From Octopus vulgaris (Eukaryota): a stretch of 64,000 nucleotides of DNA. The DNA lies in assembly GCA_951406725.2 (NCBI GenBank), contig OX597814.1:110484001-110548000 (forward strand), written 5' to 3'. The notes under the pieces were generated by a model. The model worked only from the letters and a program-made list of their open reading frames with translations, did not search any database and was not told the origin of the DNA. This document shows positions 11,801-26,800 of the stretch, one piece after another (the first letter of the stretch is position 1; each line of letters starts with the position of its first letter). The translations under genes were made by a program, and so were the position numbers.

Positions 11801-14800
11801 TTTTTTCCATGACACCAGTACTATAGAGGTTGTATTATCCTCAGCATGGCTAAAGAGCCCTCTAAAGTCCTGCATTGTTGTTGCTCAATCAATTTAGAAA
11901 CCACTTACAGTGTACAAGGTGCATTTTGTCATGGCTCCAACACGTGTAGGGTTACCTTCATCATCATCATCATCATCATTTAATGTTCACTTTCCATGCT
12001 AGCATGGGTTGAACGATTTGACTGAGGTCTGGCAAACCAGACTCCAATCTGATCTGGCAGAGTTTCTACAGCTGGATGCCATTCCTAACGCCAACCACTC
12101 CGAGAGTGTAGTGGGTGCTTTTACGTGTCACAGGCATGAGGGCCAGTTTGGTGCAACTGGCAAAAGCCACGCCCAAATGGCGCTTTTTATGTGCCACCTG
12201 CACAGGAGCCAGTCCAGCACACTGTCGACGACCTCGCTCGAATATTTCACATGCTACCAGCACAAGTGCTAGTAAGGCGACGCGGTAATGATCACGCTTG
12301 AATGGTGTGTTTAATGTGCCATCGGCATGAAGACCAGCTTGTTGCTCTGGCAATGATCTCACTTGTATGGTACTCTTAGCGCTCCACTAGCAATGGATGC
12401 CAGTCACCTAGTTTGATTTCAACTTCACTTGCCTCAACCGGTCTTCGCAAGCAGAGTTTAGTGTCCAATGAAGAAAAGGCATGCATAAGTGGGCTGGTTA
12501 CACCCCTGGCATAGGCCACTAGGTTATGGTCACACTTGTGCTTGCCGAGTCTTCTGAAGCACAGCATATTTCCAGAGGTCCCGGTCACTAGTCACTGCCT
12601 CAGTGAGGCCCAAGTGCAAAACAACACCTATGACTAAAAGAACAGATGACAAATGAAACAAAGTTTTCAGAGATTAACCGGAAGAGGGTGGGTGGGGGGC
12701 AAAGTGATGGGGGTGGGTTCAGCAATGACTGCCAAAACTTATAGTTAAGACTGAGAGGGAGAGACTTTTAGTGATTAATGGAGAGTAGTAACAGTGAGAG
12801 ATTTGCAAAGGCTGATGTGAAATAAAATAATTTATGAGCAATGGGATGGAAATTAGGGGTAACAGTTAATTACAAAAAAAAAGGATATATTTATCAAAAC
12901 TTAAATATTAATTCAAAATTAAATCCAGGTAACAGATATAAGAAAAACTTTGAATTAGGTCTGAGAAAGTTACTAGTAGTTAGAAGAGCTTGTGAGTAAC
13001 AAACATTTAATTCATTCCAGCAAAGAGAAACACGGAAGTTTAATCATGTGAAAGTAATTAGAATAGTGGGTAACTGATTAAAAGGAGGTGGGGAGATAGA
13101 ATTCTAAAATTTTCCTCCAGATGTGACTTTACACATTACCTGTCTCAAGAGCCCTAACCAAGATATACAACTTCTTCATCATGGAGTAGTTAACCAGTTC
13201 CAAGAATTCATGCAAATTTTTTTTAATTCAGAAAAAAAAAAAAAAGAAAAAAGAAAAAAATAGATACACTAAAAAGTCGGAATTAACAAATTCATACTGG
13301 CATAAGGTAATGATTAGAAAATGTTAACAATTATTTCTATATACTAATTAATAATAGCCAATCAGCAAAATAAGGAAGTGCTTAGAGCATCAAGGGCAGT
13401 GGAGGTACCACAAAAATGGTAAATGGTTTACAGCACAAAATAAATCACTTTGAACTTGCTAAAATAATATTCAAAGTGGTTTATGTGACCAGAAATATAA
13501 TTTCAGGGTGTTCGTGGTGATCAAAGATTTTGCAATTGAAAAAAGTATATAAATAAAGTATATAAATAAAGAGGGAGTTTTAACCTTTTGATTCATTTTG
13601 AAGAATTAAAATTTATTTTAAGGTTTATTATTGTTTATATTTTGAATTACATATATATGGGGACACCAAAATCTTTTAAGTGCTTGGGGCCTCTATGGGT
13701 CTTAAATCTGGCCCAGCAGTCAATATAAATGCAGGTTTCTCCAAAGCTTTCTACATTGTAAAAAGTGAGGGGAGAGAGAGAGAGAGTAAAAGAGAGACAC
13801 AGAAGGAGCTAACATAAGAGGTGTAGGATGAGTAGAAAGAACCCTAAGGATAAGAGAGGAGGAGAGGGAATAAATGACAGTAGTTATACAAAAGAGAAAT
13901 TTGTTTTAAGACAATTCCAGACATGTTTCTGTCTTATTAGATCTCCTCAGCAGAACAGAGATTTCACCATATTTACCAATGTAGTGAACGTCAGCTTGTG
14001 CCTGAGTATGACTTCTTAGACACAGCCATCATTTCTCAATGTGCAACAGCAATGGACAACATTATTGCCTGAGTAACGCAGGATCAGTAACTTTCCCTGC
14101 TTATACTGTACTTCTGGTCTACCCTCATTACTATGGAAACTGTGGAAGTGATGGCATTTCATCATTACAGATACACATGATAGCCAAACCCCTGCAAAAA
14201 TAACAACCACTTTTGAAAGGTCCATCCTCTGTTTGCTGTTGTAAGAACTTCCTGTGCAGGAATTTGTCTAAAGATTTACAATATTTAAGAATGAATATTG
14301 GGCCTCCACAGAAGCAATGACAGGAGACTGAGACCTTTGGCAATATACTGTGCTTGAGAAGACCCATCAAACCAAAGGAAATCGTAGTCATGGCATTACT
14401 AACTACATCATGGCACCTGCGCTGGTGGTACATAAAAAGCACCGCTCAAGCATTGGGCCTCATGGAGGCCGTGACAAGTGACCGAGACCTTTGGCAATAT
14501 ACCTTGTTTGAGAAGACCTGTCAAGCCAAGTGAGATCATAATTGTGGCCAATATCAGTGTTACATAACTGGCACCCATGCCATGTAAAAAGCACTAACTA
14601 CACTCTCGGAGTGGTTGGCATTAGGAAGGGCATCCAACTGTAGAAGCCATGCCAAATCAGCATGGAACCTGGTGCAGCTCCCCAGAGTACCAGTTTACAG
14701 TCAAACCATCCAACCCATGCCAACATGGAAAATGGATGTTAAATGAGGATGGTGATAATTTTTCATTCAAAACTTATTCATTTCACCATTTTATATAAGC

Positions 14801-17800
14801 ACCAAGAAATCTGATAAAAGTTAAACTATAATTCTTTTGTATGTATGCCATTTTCCCTGGTTATTACCCCATGGTGGCAAAAGTGTACTTCCAAAGTTCC
14901 CTGTCAAATGACGGATAACACTCTGGTTAATGTAACAAAACATAAAAATGAAATAAACTGTACTTACAGCCAGGATTGCCCAAACATTCTAACCAATATA
15001 GACTTTTTTCAACTGACTGCAAAGGTGCTACAGTAGGTGAGATTAAAGATCCGTCAACACCAAGAAATTGAGCCACAGCTTCATAGGTGCGCAACGGTGT
15101 ACATACAACATTTACGCCACCCATTCGCCATAGCCCTGCAACAGTTCGTTCCAATCCAAGGATGTTGTTCACTTCAAAAACTGAAAGGAAAAAAAGAAAA
15201 GAAATGCAATTAAAAAGATTAAAAATGAGAAACTCTTTAAATATCATCATTCAACCATTTGGCATCCCAATTATTCTATCACAAATTTAAGGCTTACTAG
15301 CAGCATTGCCCGGGCATGTTAGAAACTTTGTCGATAAGCAATGCCCATTACCTTTTTACCCTTTTTTGTACTCATTGAACCGTTATTTTGTAAAATGAAG
15401 CCTAAAAGGCATTAAGGCATTCAAGGCACCATTCCCTTGCATGCATGAAGAAAATCTATGACAGTCAAAGTGCATTTTCTGGGTTTGTTAGTTGCTGGTT
15501 TGGCGGGATGTTGTAAACTCGACCCAGGCAGGAGTCAAACTTGACGCCTGGGAAGCCTTTGACGTTTTGGCCAGATTTCCGTCGAACCCAGGTGTTGTTA
15601 GACCACACGAAGTACGATGGGACCTGGGGGTACAAAAGCGTTCAAGCGAAGTCATCACGTTGGCATAATTTGAAGAAACCGGTCAACGTTGTGTCTTTAG
15701 GTTTGGTGGCTACCTGTGCAGCAGATTGCTCTGTGAAGTAAATCCACTGTCCATTTTCCAAGTGTACAGCAAGCTGCACCACAGCCGGGTGTCTCTGATG
15801 GAGCGGGAAGCCGTAAATGTGCCAAAACGCTTCATTGCTGCTGAGGTACCGGCCTGCAACTGCATTGACAAAAGGTCATTAGTTTGACATTTAATGCAAA
15901 CTTGATGTCCAACATCAGTGTAGGGAAAATCTATGTGAACTTTAAAAAAATATCGCAGAAAAATCGGTTTGCTATATGTGCAACATATGATGTAATTAAT
16001 CGATTTTTTCCAGTAATAACGTATCCTATTGGAATCAAAAGGGCCATATAGCTCCTTGGAGCAGACATGATGCTCGCTGTGAATTTCAAAAAAAATTCCT
16101 GCCAATTTGTTAAAGATATTGTCGAAAATATGTCATCTTGAATTTGAACGTGATTTCCCAAAATGGCATGATTTTATCGATTTTTCTGATGGTAAGGTAT
16201 TGCATGGAAAACTAACGTCAGAATTAAGTTCCTTAGGGTAACATTAAGCTTCACCATGAGTTTGGTGAAAATCGATTGCAAGTTGCGAAAACTACAACGG
16301 AAAATGTGTTGCATATAAGCTTAGATTCTCAACCCCATGTCGAATTTATTGATTTTTTTCAGAACTGGGGGAACTTTTCAAAATTTTCACTGCGTTAGTT
16401 TTGAATTATGACATTGGGCTATGTGTGTGTCAAGTTTCATCAGAATCGGTTGAAAGCTGTGGTCAGGGTGAGGGTACAACCTGACAGACACACACACAGA
16501 CAAACTGCCTTTTATATATATAGAAGAGATAGAAGAGATTTATTCACATTGTTTTGAATTAATCACGCATCATCTTGTAGCTTTGAGATTTCGATTACAT
16601 GACTAAATTTTTTAGACTAACATTGTAGGGTAGGTGTGAGAGGCTGGATCTTGTCAGCTCGAACATAAAACAGGATGACTATTTTGGCTGGGCTGGATGG
16701 TTCAACAGGATTTGATGGGTGCAAAGACTGCTTAGTGTCTGGTTTGGCATGGTTTCCATTGCTGGATGCCCTTCCTAATGCCAACAGAGTGTACTGGGCG
16801 CTTTTTTTTCATGGCACTTATTGAAGTTGTCATGCAGCTCACAAGACAAAGGTCCCACTTGACTGTTTTGGGGGCCATATTAATGAGGGAAGCAGCTTTA
16901 ATGCTAGGTGATGAAAGGTAAGTGTATAAAGGAAGGGGCCAGAACAGGTTTCTTGCTGGCTGTTCACATTATACAAGAGTGGACGGGAGTAATCAGCGTG
17001 GAGCATTAATATACACAGGCATGGCTTTGTGGTAACAAATTTGCACTCCAACCATATAGTTCCAGGTTCAGTCCTACTGCATGACATAGTATCTTCCACT
17101 ATTGCCTTGGACCGACCAAAGCCTTAAGTGGGTTTGGCAGCTGGAATGTTCCCCATTACTGCTTGACAACTGGTGTTGGTGTGTTTACATCCCCATAACT
17201 TAGTAGTTCAGCAAAAGAGACCAATAGAATAAGTACCAGGCTTAAAAAATAAGTACTGAGGTTGATTCACTCGACTGAATGTTAAAAGATGATGAAAGAC
17301 AATAAAAATATGGTAACAAAAGGGTTAATCTAGCGATTTAAAATGCAGCCAGATAAAAACACTTAAGATTATTCAAGGATTAGTAAGGCGGTGAGCTGGC
17401 AGAGTCGTGAGCACACTGGATGAAATGGTTAGCGTCATTTTGCTCATTGCTCTGTTCTGAATTCAAATTCTATTGAGGTCAACTTTGCTTTGCATCCTTT
17501 CAGCGGTCGATAAATTAAATACCAGTTACACACTGGTACCGATGTAATCGACTTGCCTCCTCTACCACAATTTCAGCCCCATGTTCCTACAGCAGAAAGG
17601 ATCATTCAAAGATTAGTAATGCTTAATAATAATAATAATATTGGTTTCAAGTTTAGGCACAAGGCCAGTAAATTTGGGGAAGTGGCTAAGTTGATTTCTA
17701 TTTCTTTATTACCCACAAGGTGCTAAACATAGAGGGGATAAACAAGGACAGACATAGGTATTAAGTCGATTACATCGACCCCAGTGTGTAACTGGTACTT

Positions 17801-20800
17801 AATTTATCGACCCTGAAAGGATGAAAGGCAAAGTCGACCTTGGCGGAATTTGAACTCACAACGTAACGGCAGACGAAAAACTGCTAAGCATTTCGCCCAG
17901 CGTGCTAACGGTTCTGCCAGCTCGCTGCCTAAGTTGATTTCAATGACCCCTGCAAGGATGAAAGGCAACGTTGACTTTGGCAGAATCTGAATTTAGAACA
18001 TAAAGACAGATGAAATGCAGCAAAGTATTTTGCCCCCTATGGTAACAATTCTGTCAGCTTGACGATATTACTATTATTACTGTAAAGGCAGTGAGCTGGC
18101 AGAATTGTTAGCAGTATTTTGCCCATTGGTATGTTCTGTGTTCAAATTTTGCTGAGGTCAACTTTGTCTTTTATCCTTTCAGGGTCGATAAATTAAGTAC
18201 TAGCTGAGTACTGGGGTCGATGTAATCGACTGGCCCCCTCCCCAAAATTTCAGGCCTTGTGCCTAGAGTAGAAAGGAAGGCATCCAGCTGTAGAAACTCT
18301 GCCAGATCAGATTGGAGTCTGGTGCAGCCACCTGGTTCGCCAGCACTCAGTCAAATCGTCCAACCCATGCTAGCATGGAAAGCGGACGTTAAACGATAAA
18401 TTATGATTATTATTAAACATTCGCTTAATAATAAATTTAGCACATGCCCATAAATTGTAAAAGAAGTATGTGGGAGGGGTGGAGAGCATATAATCAGTTG
18501 AACTGACCTTGAATGGTAGTTATTTTATCAACAGCAGAGGGTTAAAAAACAAAGCTGACACCACTACCCACTGCAGACAAGTTCCTGCCATTCTATATTT
18601 AGAAGATTAATAACATGCTAGTTGTAATGTGCCATCTAAATTAATTCTTTCCTTTGCAAGACTTATTTAACTAAAGTTAAAGGGAGATGCACTGAGTGCT
18701 GCACACAAAATAATTATTGAAAGGAAAAATATCTAATGCCGAGTCTTGGAGACACTAAGTAAAGGGGAGATAATTTCAAGAAATTAGAATCTCTCCATCC
18801 TTTCGTTACCAACCCGGCTGAAACTGGGTCTGAGTACAAATGTCATAAAATCTTCCACCAAACCTTAATCACAATTTATGTTCCTAACACCAGCTGAATG
18901 ATAACTAAATTGTTTTACTAAATTCTTTGTTATATTTAAAATTAATTGAAAGAAACACAGAGCATCTCAAAAGAAATACAGTAACGAAAGGGTTGAAATA
19001 TATAATAGAGAAACAATTCTTAACCCTTTCAATACCAACCCAGCTGAAACCAGCTCTGGCTCTGTAGTATTAATGTCTTGTTTTCATAAGTTTAGAATTA
19101 AAATCTTCCACCAAACCTTAGTCACAATTTATGTTCTTAACACAAGCTTAATGATAACGAAGTTATTTTACTAAATTCTTTGTTATATTTTAAATTAATT
19201 GAAAGAAACACAGAGCATCTCAAAATAAATACAGTAATGAAAGGTTGAAATCGGTGGTTCTCAATTATTTTTCACCTATTGACTTCTTTGATCTGTTTAA
19301 CTCAGATGGACCCCACTGGCCATTTGATATTTAAAAATTCATATATTTTTACAATATTATTAGGAATTATATTTAAAAAATTGTTAATATATTGTGTACT
19401 GTAGAAGTATAACTAATTTATTTCAGACCAATTTTAAAACCAAAATCTTATATTGACCCCACAAGGGTCATTTGGACTCTGCTTCAGAACTACTGATTTA
19501 AATGCTTAGAAAAAAGAGAACCAGTGTTTGCAGGCAAGAGACAACTATAGACATGTTTCAGTCAATTTGACCTCATTGGCATATATTCATTTAGAGTTTG
19601 CCTCCTTAATTGACAAAGATTTTTTTGTCTGTTCATTCGTTTCAGGTCTGTTTTTCCTTGCTTGCATTGGGTTAGGTGAATATATTATTTTGAGATATTT
19701 TTTCTACAGCCAGGTGCCCATCCTGATATTAACCCTTACCTGTTTTTCAAGTAAGAGATCACTTAATTACACTCAGCTTCAAAAGTACAAAGTACCCAAA
19801 CAATTTATTGAAATGAGAAATAGACAGCAATACACTTTCATACAAACAATTGAAGATATAAACACACACGCAAATATATAAATATATATATAGTATCCTT
19901 AAACAAAAATATTATTAACAGTGACTTTGAAGTTTCTGCCAGTTAAGCCATCATTGGACTATCAAAGCCACTATATAAAACACACACACACGTATATCAT
20001 CATCATCATCGTCGTTTAACGTCAGTTTTCCATGCTTGCATGGGTTGGACAGTTCAACTGGGAAGCCAGGAGGCTGCACCAGGCTCCAGTCTGATCTAGC
20101 AGTGTTTCTATAGCTGGATGCCCTTCCTAACGCCAACCACTCCGTGAGTGTAGTATATATATATATATAAATAAAATAAAACCTTCTTTCAGTTTCCATC
20201 AACCACTGACAAGGTTAAGTCAAGTGGAACTGAACACAAAACTACGTGGTTGAGAAGTGAACTTCCCAACCACACAGCCAAGCTTGCACCTACTTATATA
20301 TACATACAGGTAAAGCTCTTCTCTAGCTACTCAAGCAAACTTCAACAGAACTATACTAAGCTGGTCTGCTTCAAAGCATGTATGGAGAGCATTTTTCTGA
20401 GAGGAGCTGAAACCTGGACTACGAACAGCTTCAAGATCACCTTAGTACCATATTTTTTTACAAAAAAAAAAAAAACATCTCATGGCATGAGCACAAGGGC
20501 AAAGAGGAGATTTATGGACACTCGTTTTTTATATATATATATATAAAAATATGTGCAGGCATGGTTATGTAGTTGAAGTCCGCTTCCCAACTGCTTGGTT
20601 TAAGGTCCAATGCCTCCCTCTGCCTGGTACTTGGGTATCTTCTATCATAGCTCTGAGCCTTGTGAGTGAATTTGCTAAACAGAAACTGGAAAAAATATAT
20701 ATATATATATTTAACGTCAGTTTTCTGTGCTGACAAACTGGAGGGTTACACTGGCTCCATTGTCTGGTTTGGCATGGTTTCTATGGCTGGACACCTTCCT

Positions 20801-23800
20801 AACACCAATCACTTTTCAGGGTGTACTGGATACTTTTTATGTGGCACCAGCACTGATGCTTTTTACATGGCACCATCACCTGTAGGGTTGCCAAGTAACT
20901 TGCAAGACAAAGACCTCACACACGGAAGAGGGAGTGGAACCAAAGGAAGTGGTATTGTGCCAGGCGAGAGGTTAGAGTATGATAGAAGGATAAAGATAGG
21001 GGTCTTAATATCCCTTCCCCATGCAGGCAGAGGTCAGACAGTTTGATAGGATTCAATAAGCCAGAGAACTGCACTAAGTACTAAAGTCTACTTTGGCATG
21101 GTTTCGGTGTGTGTGCATGCTTGTGTTTACATCTTCAATTGCTTATGCAAAATTACAAAGTAGGCCTTCCAAAAGTAATTAAATCTCATCAAGTTCATTG
21201 ATATAAGTATAGGGAAGTACTTCTGTTTGTGGAGAAGATTCTGTTAAATATCATCAGTACAAATTTTCAAGTGGCCTCAGCCAAGATTCATTTCACCTAT
21301 TTCTTTACTACCCACAAGGGGCTAAACACAGAGAGGACAAACAAGGACAGACAAACAGATTAAGTTGATTACATCGATCCCAATGCGTAACTGGTACTTA
21401 TTTAATCGACCCCGAAAGGATGAAAAGTAAAGTCACTTTGGCAGAATTTGAACTCAGAACGTAGCGGTAGACGAAATACCACAAAGCATTTCACCCGGCG
21501 TGCTAATGATTCTACCACCGTCCCGAGCTCGTAATCTGTGCCTCCCAATCAGCTTTAATAGGGTTATAGAAGACAAGCAAGGTACCAAGAAGTTGGACTG
21601 AACCCTAAACTTGGTTTGGAAGCAAACTTCTCATCTACACAACCATTTTAATAAGAAAAAAGAAATTGGGCAACAAGGGTAGCGAATGGTAGAATGTGTC
21701 CAGTGTCATGTCATGTCAGATGTCCCTGCCAATACCATAAATGTGGTTGTGTGGTGTTTGCCCTCTGTTCCCAAACAAGCAGAAGTTCCCAAACATGTCT
21801 ATGATCTGGTTTTCACATGATTAAAATGTAAATCAAGTTGCTGATAGCAGGGGGTTGCATGGCTTTCAAGCTTTTGGGTAAGGGGTCACGAGTGCAAAAA
21901 CATGGGGAACCGCTAGTTTAGTGCAATGTTTCTCAATCATTTTTTACCTATGGACCCCTTCGATTCCCATTTTACTTTATCCCAGCCCCTTGCCATTTGA
22001 GGTTTAAAAAATCCTGTTATATTTTTATAATTAAATATTAAGAATTCTATAAAAGAATTCTTAAAATTTTGTGTATTGCAGATATATAAACAATTTATTG
22101 CAGATAAATTTTAACAAGTGAAATCGAAATCAAATTCGATGACTGGCATCCATGCTAGTGGAGCGCTAAGAGCATCATCCAAGCGTGATCGTTGCCAGAG
22201 CAGCTAACTGGTTTTCATGCCAGTTGCATGTAAAAAGCACCATTTGAGCGTGATCGTTACCAGCATCACCTTACTGGCACTTGTGCCGGTGGCATGTGAA
22301 AAACATCCCAGTGAGGTCGTTGCCAATGCCGCTTGACTGGCTCCTGTGCAGGTGGCACGTAAAAAAACTCCATTTGAGCGTGGCTGTTGCCAGTACTGTC
22401 TGACTGGCACATAAAAGTACCCACTACACTATCGGAGATGTTGGCGTTAGGAAGGGCATCTAGCTGTAGAAACTCTGCCAGATCAGATTGGAGCCTGGTG
22501 CGGCCATCTGGTTCGCCAGTCCTCAGTCAAATTGTCCAACCCATGCCAGCATGGAAAGTGGACATTAAACGATGATGATGATGACATTTCAACAACAAAA
22601 TCTTATATGGACTCGCAAGGGTCATATGGACCCTGCTTAAGAAATACTGGCTTAGTCAAATCAATCAACTTCAGCATCATCATCATTTAACATCCATTGT
22701 CCATGCTAGCATGGGTTAAATGGTTTGACCAGGCTGGCACACTAGAAGGCTGCACCAGACTCCATTTTCTATGGCTGGATGCCCTTCCTAATGCCAGCCA
22801 CTCTGAGAGTGTAATGGGTGCTTTTACATGCCACCAGTCTCTGCCATATATGTGTGTATGTGTCCTTGGGTATCAAACTACACTCAAGCACACCTTCTGC
22901 TTGATAACTGGTGTTTGCTTGGTTTTACGTCACTGTAACTTTGTGGTTCAGCAAAAGACACTAACAGAATAAGTACAAGACTTTAAAAAAAAATAAACAT
23001 AAGTACTAGGGACAATTTGTTCAACTAAAACCCTTCAAGGCAGTGCTCCAGCATGGCCACAGTCCAATGAGTGGAACAATTAAAAATATGCGAGTGCTTG
23101 TAAAATACTTCTGGTAACATTGCTTTTCTCTTTTACTTCCTGGTTTTGGAGGAAGACTTGGCTGTGTGAGTGATCTGGTAGATGGAAACTGAAAGAAACC
23201 TGTCATATGTATACATGTGCGTGTGAGTTTTTTCTGTGTTTGTACCCCACTACTGATTGACAACCAGTGTTGGTGTGTTTATGCCCCTGCAACTTAGCAT
23301 TTCGACAAAAGAGATCAATAGAATCAGTAACAGGCTTTTAAAAAAAAAAGACTAAGTACTAGGGTTGATTCATTCAAGTAAAATTCTCCAAGGTGGTGCC
23401 ACAGTGTAATGACTGAAACAAGTAAAAGATAAAAGATTAGAGATTGGTAAGTTTAATGGCTGCTAATTTCTGTTCAAACTATTGCAAGTCAACACTTGCA
23501 GGAGAGACATGAGCAAGGAAGAGATTCCAACAGTCCAATATTCTTGGGAGGGAAGAACTGGGAAGAGTAAGTTGGTGCATGGTTGGATGGAATTCATACA
23601 GGCGGACTTTCTACAAGCAGATGCCCTTCCTGTTACGAGCCCGCCTCCTCGTCGCCGTCATCATCATTATCCGTCGTTTAACGTCTGCTTTCCACACTAG
23701 CATGGGTTGGACGGTGTGACTGAGGACTGGTGAGCCAGAAGGCTGCACCAGGCTCCAATCTGATCTGGCAAAGTTTCTACAGCTAGATGCCCTTCCTAAT

Positions 23801-26800
23801 GCCAACCACTCTGAGAATGTAGTGGATGCTTTTATGTGCCACGAGAGCCAGTCAGGCAGTTCTGGCAATGACCACACACTCAAAAGGTGTTTTTTACGTG
23901 CCACCAGCACTGGCAACGACCATGCCTCAATAAATGAATTTATTAACATAATTCATTATTAAGCTGGTATTTGGAACATAAATTAACACAATTATTTTAA
24001 GCATTGAGCATTTAAACTGGCTAGATCTAATGCAAAATATTCTACCTGTTATACATTCAAACTGACTAGATTCGGCTTCGCACACCTGTCCCACAGAGTC
24101 ATGTTAAAACTAAATCACATCATTGAAATTTCAAAGCTATGAGATAATGCATGATTACATTATTTACATTTGACAGATATTTGTCCTCATCTTGTTTGTT
24201 GTTAACACATTTTGGCTGATATACCCTCCAGCCTTCATCAGGTGTCTTGGGGAAATTTCGAACCTTGATTCTCATTCCTAAGGTATTTTTTGATATTAAC
24301 ACAAACAGATACAGCAACACCACCGCTACCAACAGAACCAACAATTTTTCGCCCTGCTGCTGAAGTGGACCCGACAGCCATCCCCTTTCCGGATCAGGAC
24401 AGCTCGGATTGTGTGAGCACTGATACCGAGAGAAGTGAATGGCACACAGTGCCTCCGAAGAAGAAGAGGAGGAAGAAGCAAAAAGACAACACAAGTACAA
24501 ACATTACAGATTTTATAATACCTACACACAACACACCACCAGCACACATTCTCACCATTAAAATAAACGAAAAGATATACAATGACATAAAAGAGAAATT
24601 CCCTAACAATGTTGGATCGCTAGAGAGAAGTTTCTCAAAAAAACTTTATAAAAACATAGTGGAAACACCCGTGCAAAAGCACAAGGGATCCACCCCCACC
24701 ACCACCAACAACAACAGTAAGTAGAGCCTTTTTCTCCTTTTTTTTGTCACCTTTTGAAACATGGCAAAACTTAGAATTGGTTGCTTGAATGTGAGAGGCT
24801 TCGGGTCACCTGTTAAACGACCTGAGGTTTCACAGTGTGGATGTAGCAGCCATTAGTGAAACCAGGATCTCCGACCCGCAGGAACTCGCAGCCCTTTTTG
24901 GTGGATACGAGATCTTTCTATCTCCGTGTCGGCCAGGAGCGGGCGGTGGTGGTACTGCAGTGTTGTTTCGGAAGGGCCTGGACTTGAAAATAAGGACAGT
25001 CTTCCTGGATCCAGAAGGTAAATTGGTGGTCCTCGACGTAGATGGTAGTGATGGCGGTGCTTTCAGACTGCTGGCTGCCTACGCTCCGACAGGAGCAGGG
25101 CAGTCGGATTATTTCAAACGTCTGGAAGTTTTCCTGGGAACGTCACGCACTCTAGTGCTAGTTGGGGATTGGAACGCTGTCTTAGACAAACATTTCGATC
25201 GGGTGGGCAGGGGAGCATCTGATAGGAGAGGGGGGTGCAAGAGCCTCGCCAACCTACTCGGGCGCTTTCAGGTGTCCGACAGGTTTCGACTAGACAAACC
25301 GAATGTGCCAATGTGGACTTGGACCAATCGCATCGGGTCGTCTCGATCGTACTTAGATAGAGTGTTTTGTAGGCCAGCGGATAAGGACAGCATAGGGTGT
25401 CCACAATTCCTCCTAATCGACTATACGGACCGCAAATTCGTGATCCATACGGTCGACTTAGGCTACATAGACAGGGACCCGGCTACTGGAAGCTGAACGT
25501 GTCGTTAACGGAGTGCAAAGCCTACAGAGACCGGATTAGTTTATTAGTTAAACGGGCGCTCACGGGGGCAATCATCAACAACTGGTGGTTTGCCCTCAAG
25601 AGAGCAATTAGAGCAGAGTCGATTAGGTTTAGTAAGGCTCTAGCTGTAGAACGTAGGAAAACGGAGCAGGATTTAGTTAGAAAACTAGACGAGGCTCTTG
25701 AGACAGGCATCGCAAGCGACATGTTGGCCCTCAACCAACACTTTGACGCCAAACACAAAGGCTGTGTTGTCAGAGCTAAGGCGCGTTCGCTAAGCGGGGA
25801 GGGGACTAAGGCCGCTCGATGAGCCCACGTGGCGGAGGCAAAGCGGGGCAACAAAGCGACCATTCGGTCTTTGGTGGACCAGAACGGGTACAAGGTTTCC
25901 AAGCCAAAGCAGATGTGTGCGGTGTTTCAGCGGCACTTTGCTCAACTGTTTGGGAAGAATGGTGGGACGGACGACGGTACAAACTTCGGTGTGTACCTGG
26001 ATGGCCTACCGCAACTCTCAGACGGCGAGGCAGAGTGCTACGAAAGGCCGATATCTGCCTGGGGAATGGAGGAAGCGATGAAAAGCTGCACAAGAGGTAG
26101 ATCGCTGGGTTTGGATGGTCTGCCCTACGAGCTTTACATTTCAATGCCAGACTTGTTTGCAGGCCTCTTGGCAAACGTCTACTGCAACTGGCAGCAAAAC
26201 GGGAGAATTCCTGCTTTTGTTGAGGAGTGGTGGCTTTGCTGAGAAAGGACCCAAACAAGGGGGACATCATAGGCAACTTTCGGCCCATCACTCTGCTCAA
26301 TGCAGAGCTGAAGATTTTGGCCAAGGTGTTAGCCAAGAGATTGGCGCTTGTTGTGGACAAGCTGGTAGGCAAGGCGCAGACATGCACCGTGCCGACCAGA
26401 TCGATACATGATAATCTCAATCTCATGCGCTACACCATAGAGAGGGTGGGTAACGACGCTGGCGCGGGTGGGGCTTTGATCAATTTAGATCAGAGTAAAG
26501 CCTTCGATAGGGTCGACCATCGATACCTGGCAGCCGGATTCGGTCTTCCGCGGGTGGATCGCTGCTTTATACAGCAACATCTGCTCGGTAATATGGGTGA
26601 ACGGTCACCTTTCAGAGCCGTTTGACATCTCGCGTTCAGTCTGCCAAGGATGCCTTTTCTCCTCCCTCTTGTACGTATTGACTCTCGAGCCATTACTGTG
26701 CAAGTTGGAGGCTTTGAGGGGTATCCCGCGCTATCTAGGAGGTTGGAAACAGCGTGTCTGCCTACGCCGACGACGTCACCATGATGGTGTCGAACCACAG

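Noticed and set aside
15710-16161. ORF-track proteins of 131 and 76 aa as a captured host gene
   Set aside because: The recognisable coding signal is a Helitron RepHel fragment in a different frame; the listed ORFs match nothing I recognise
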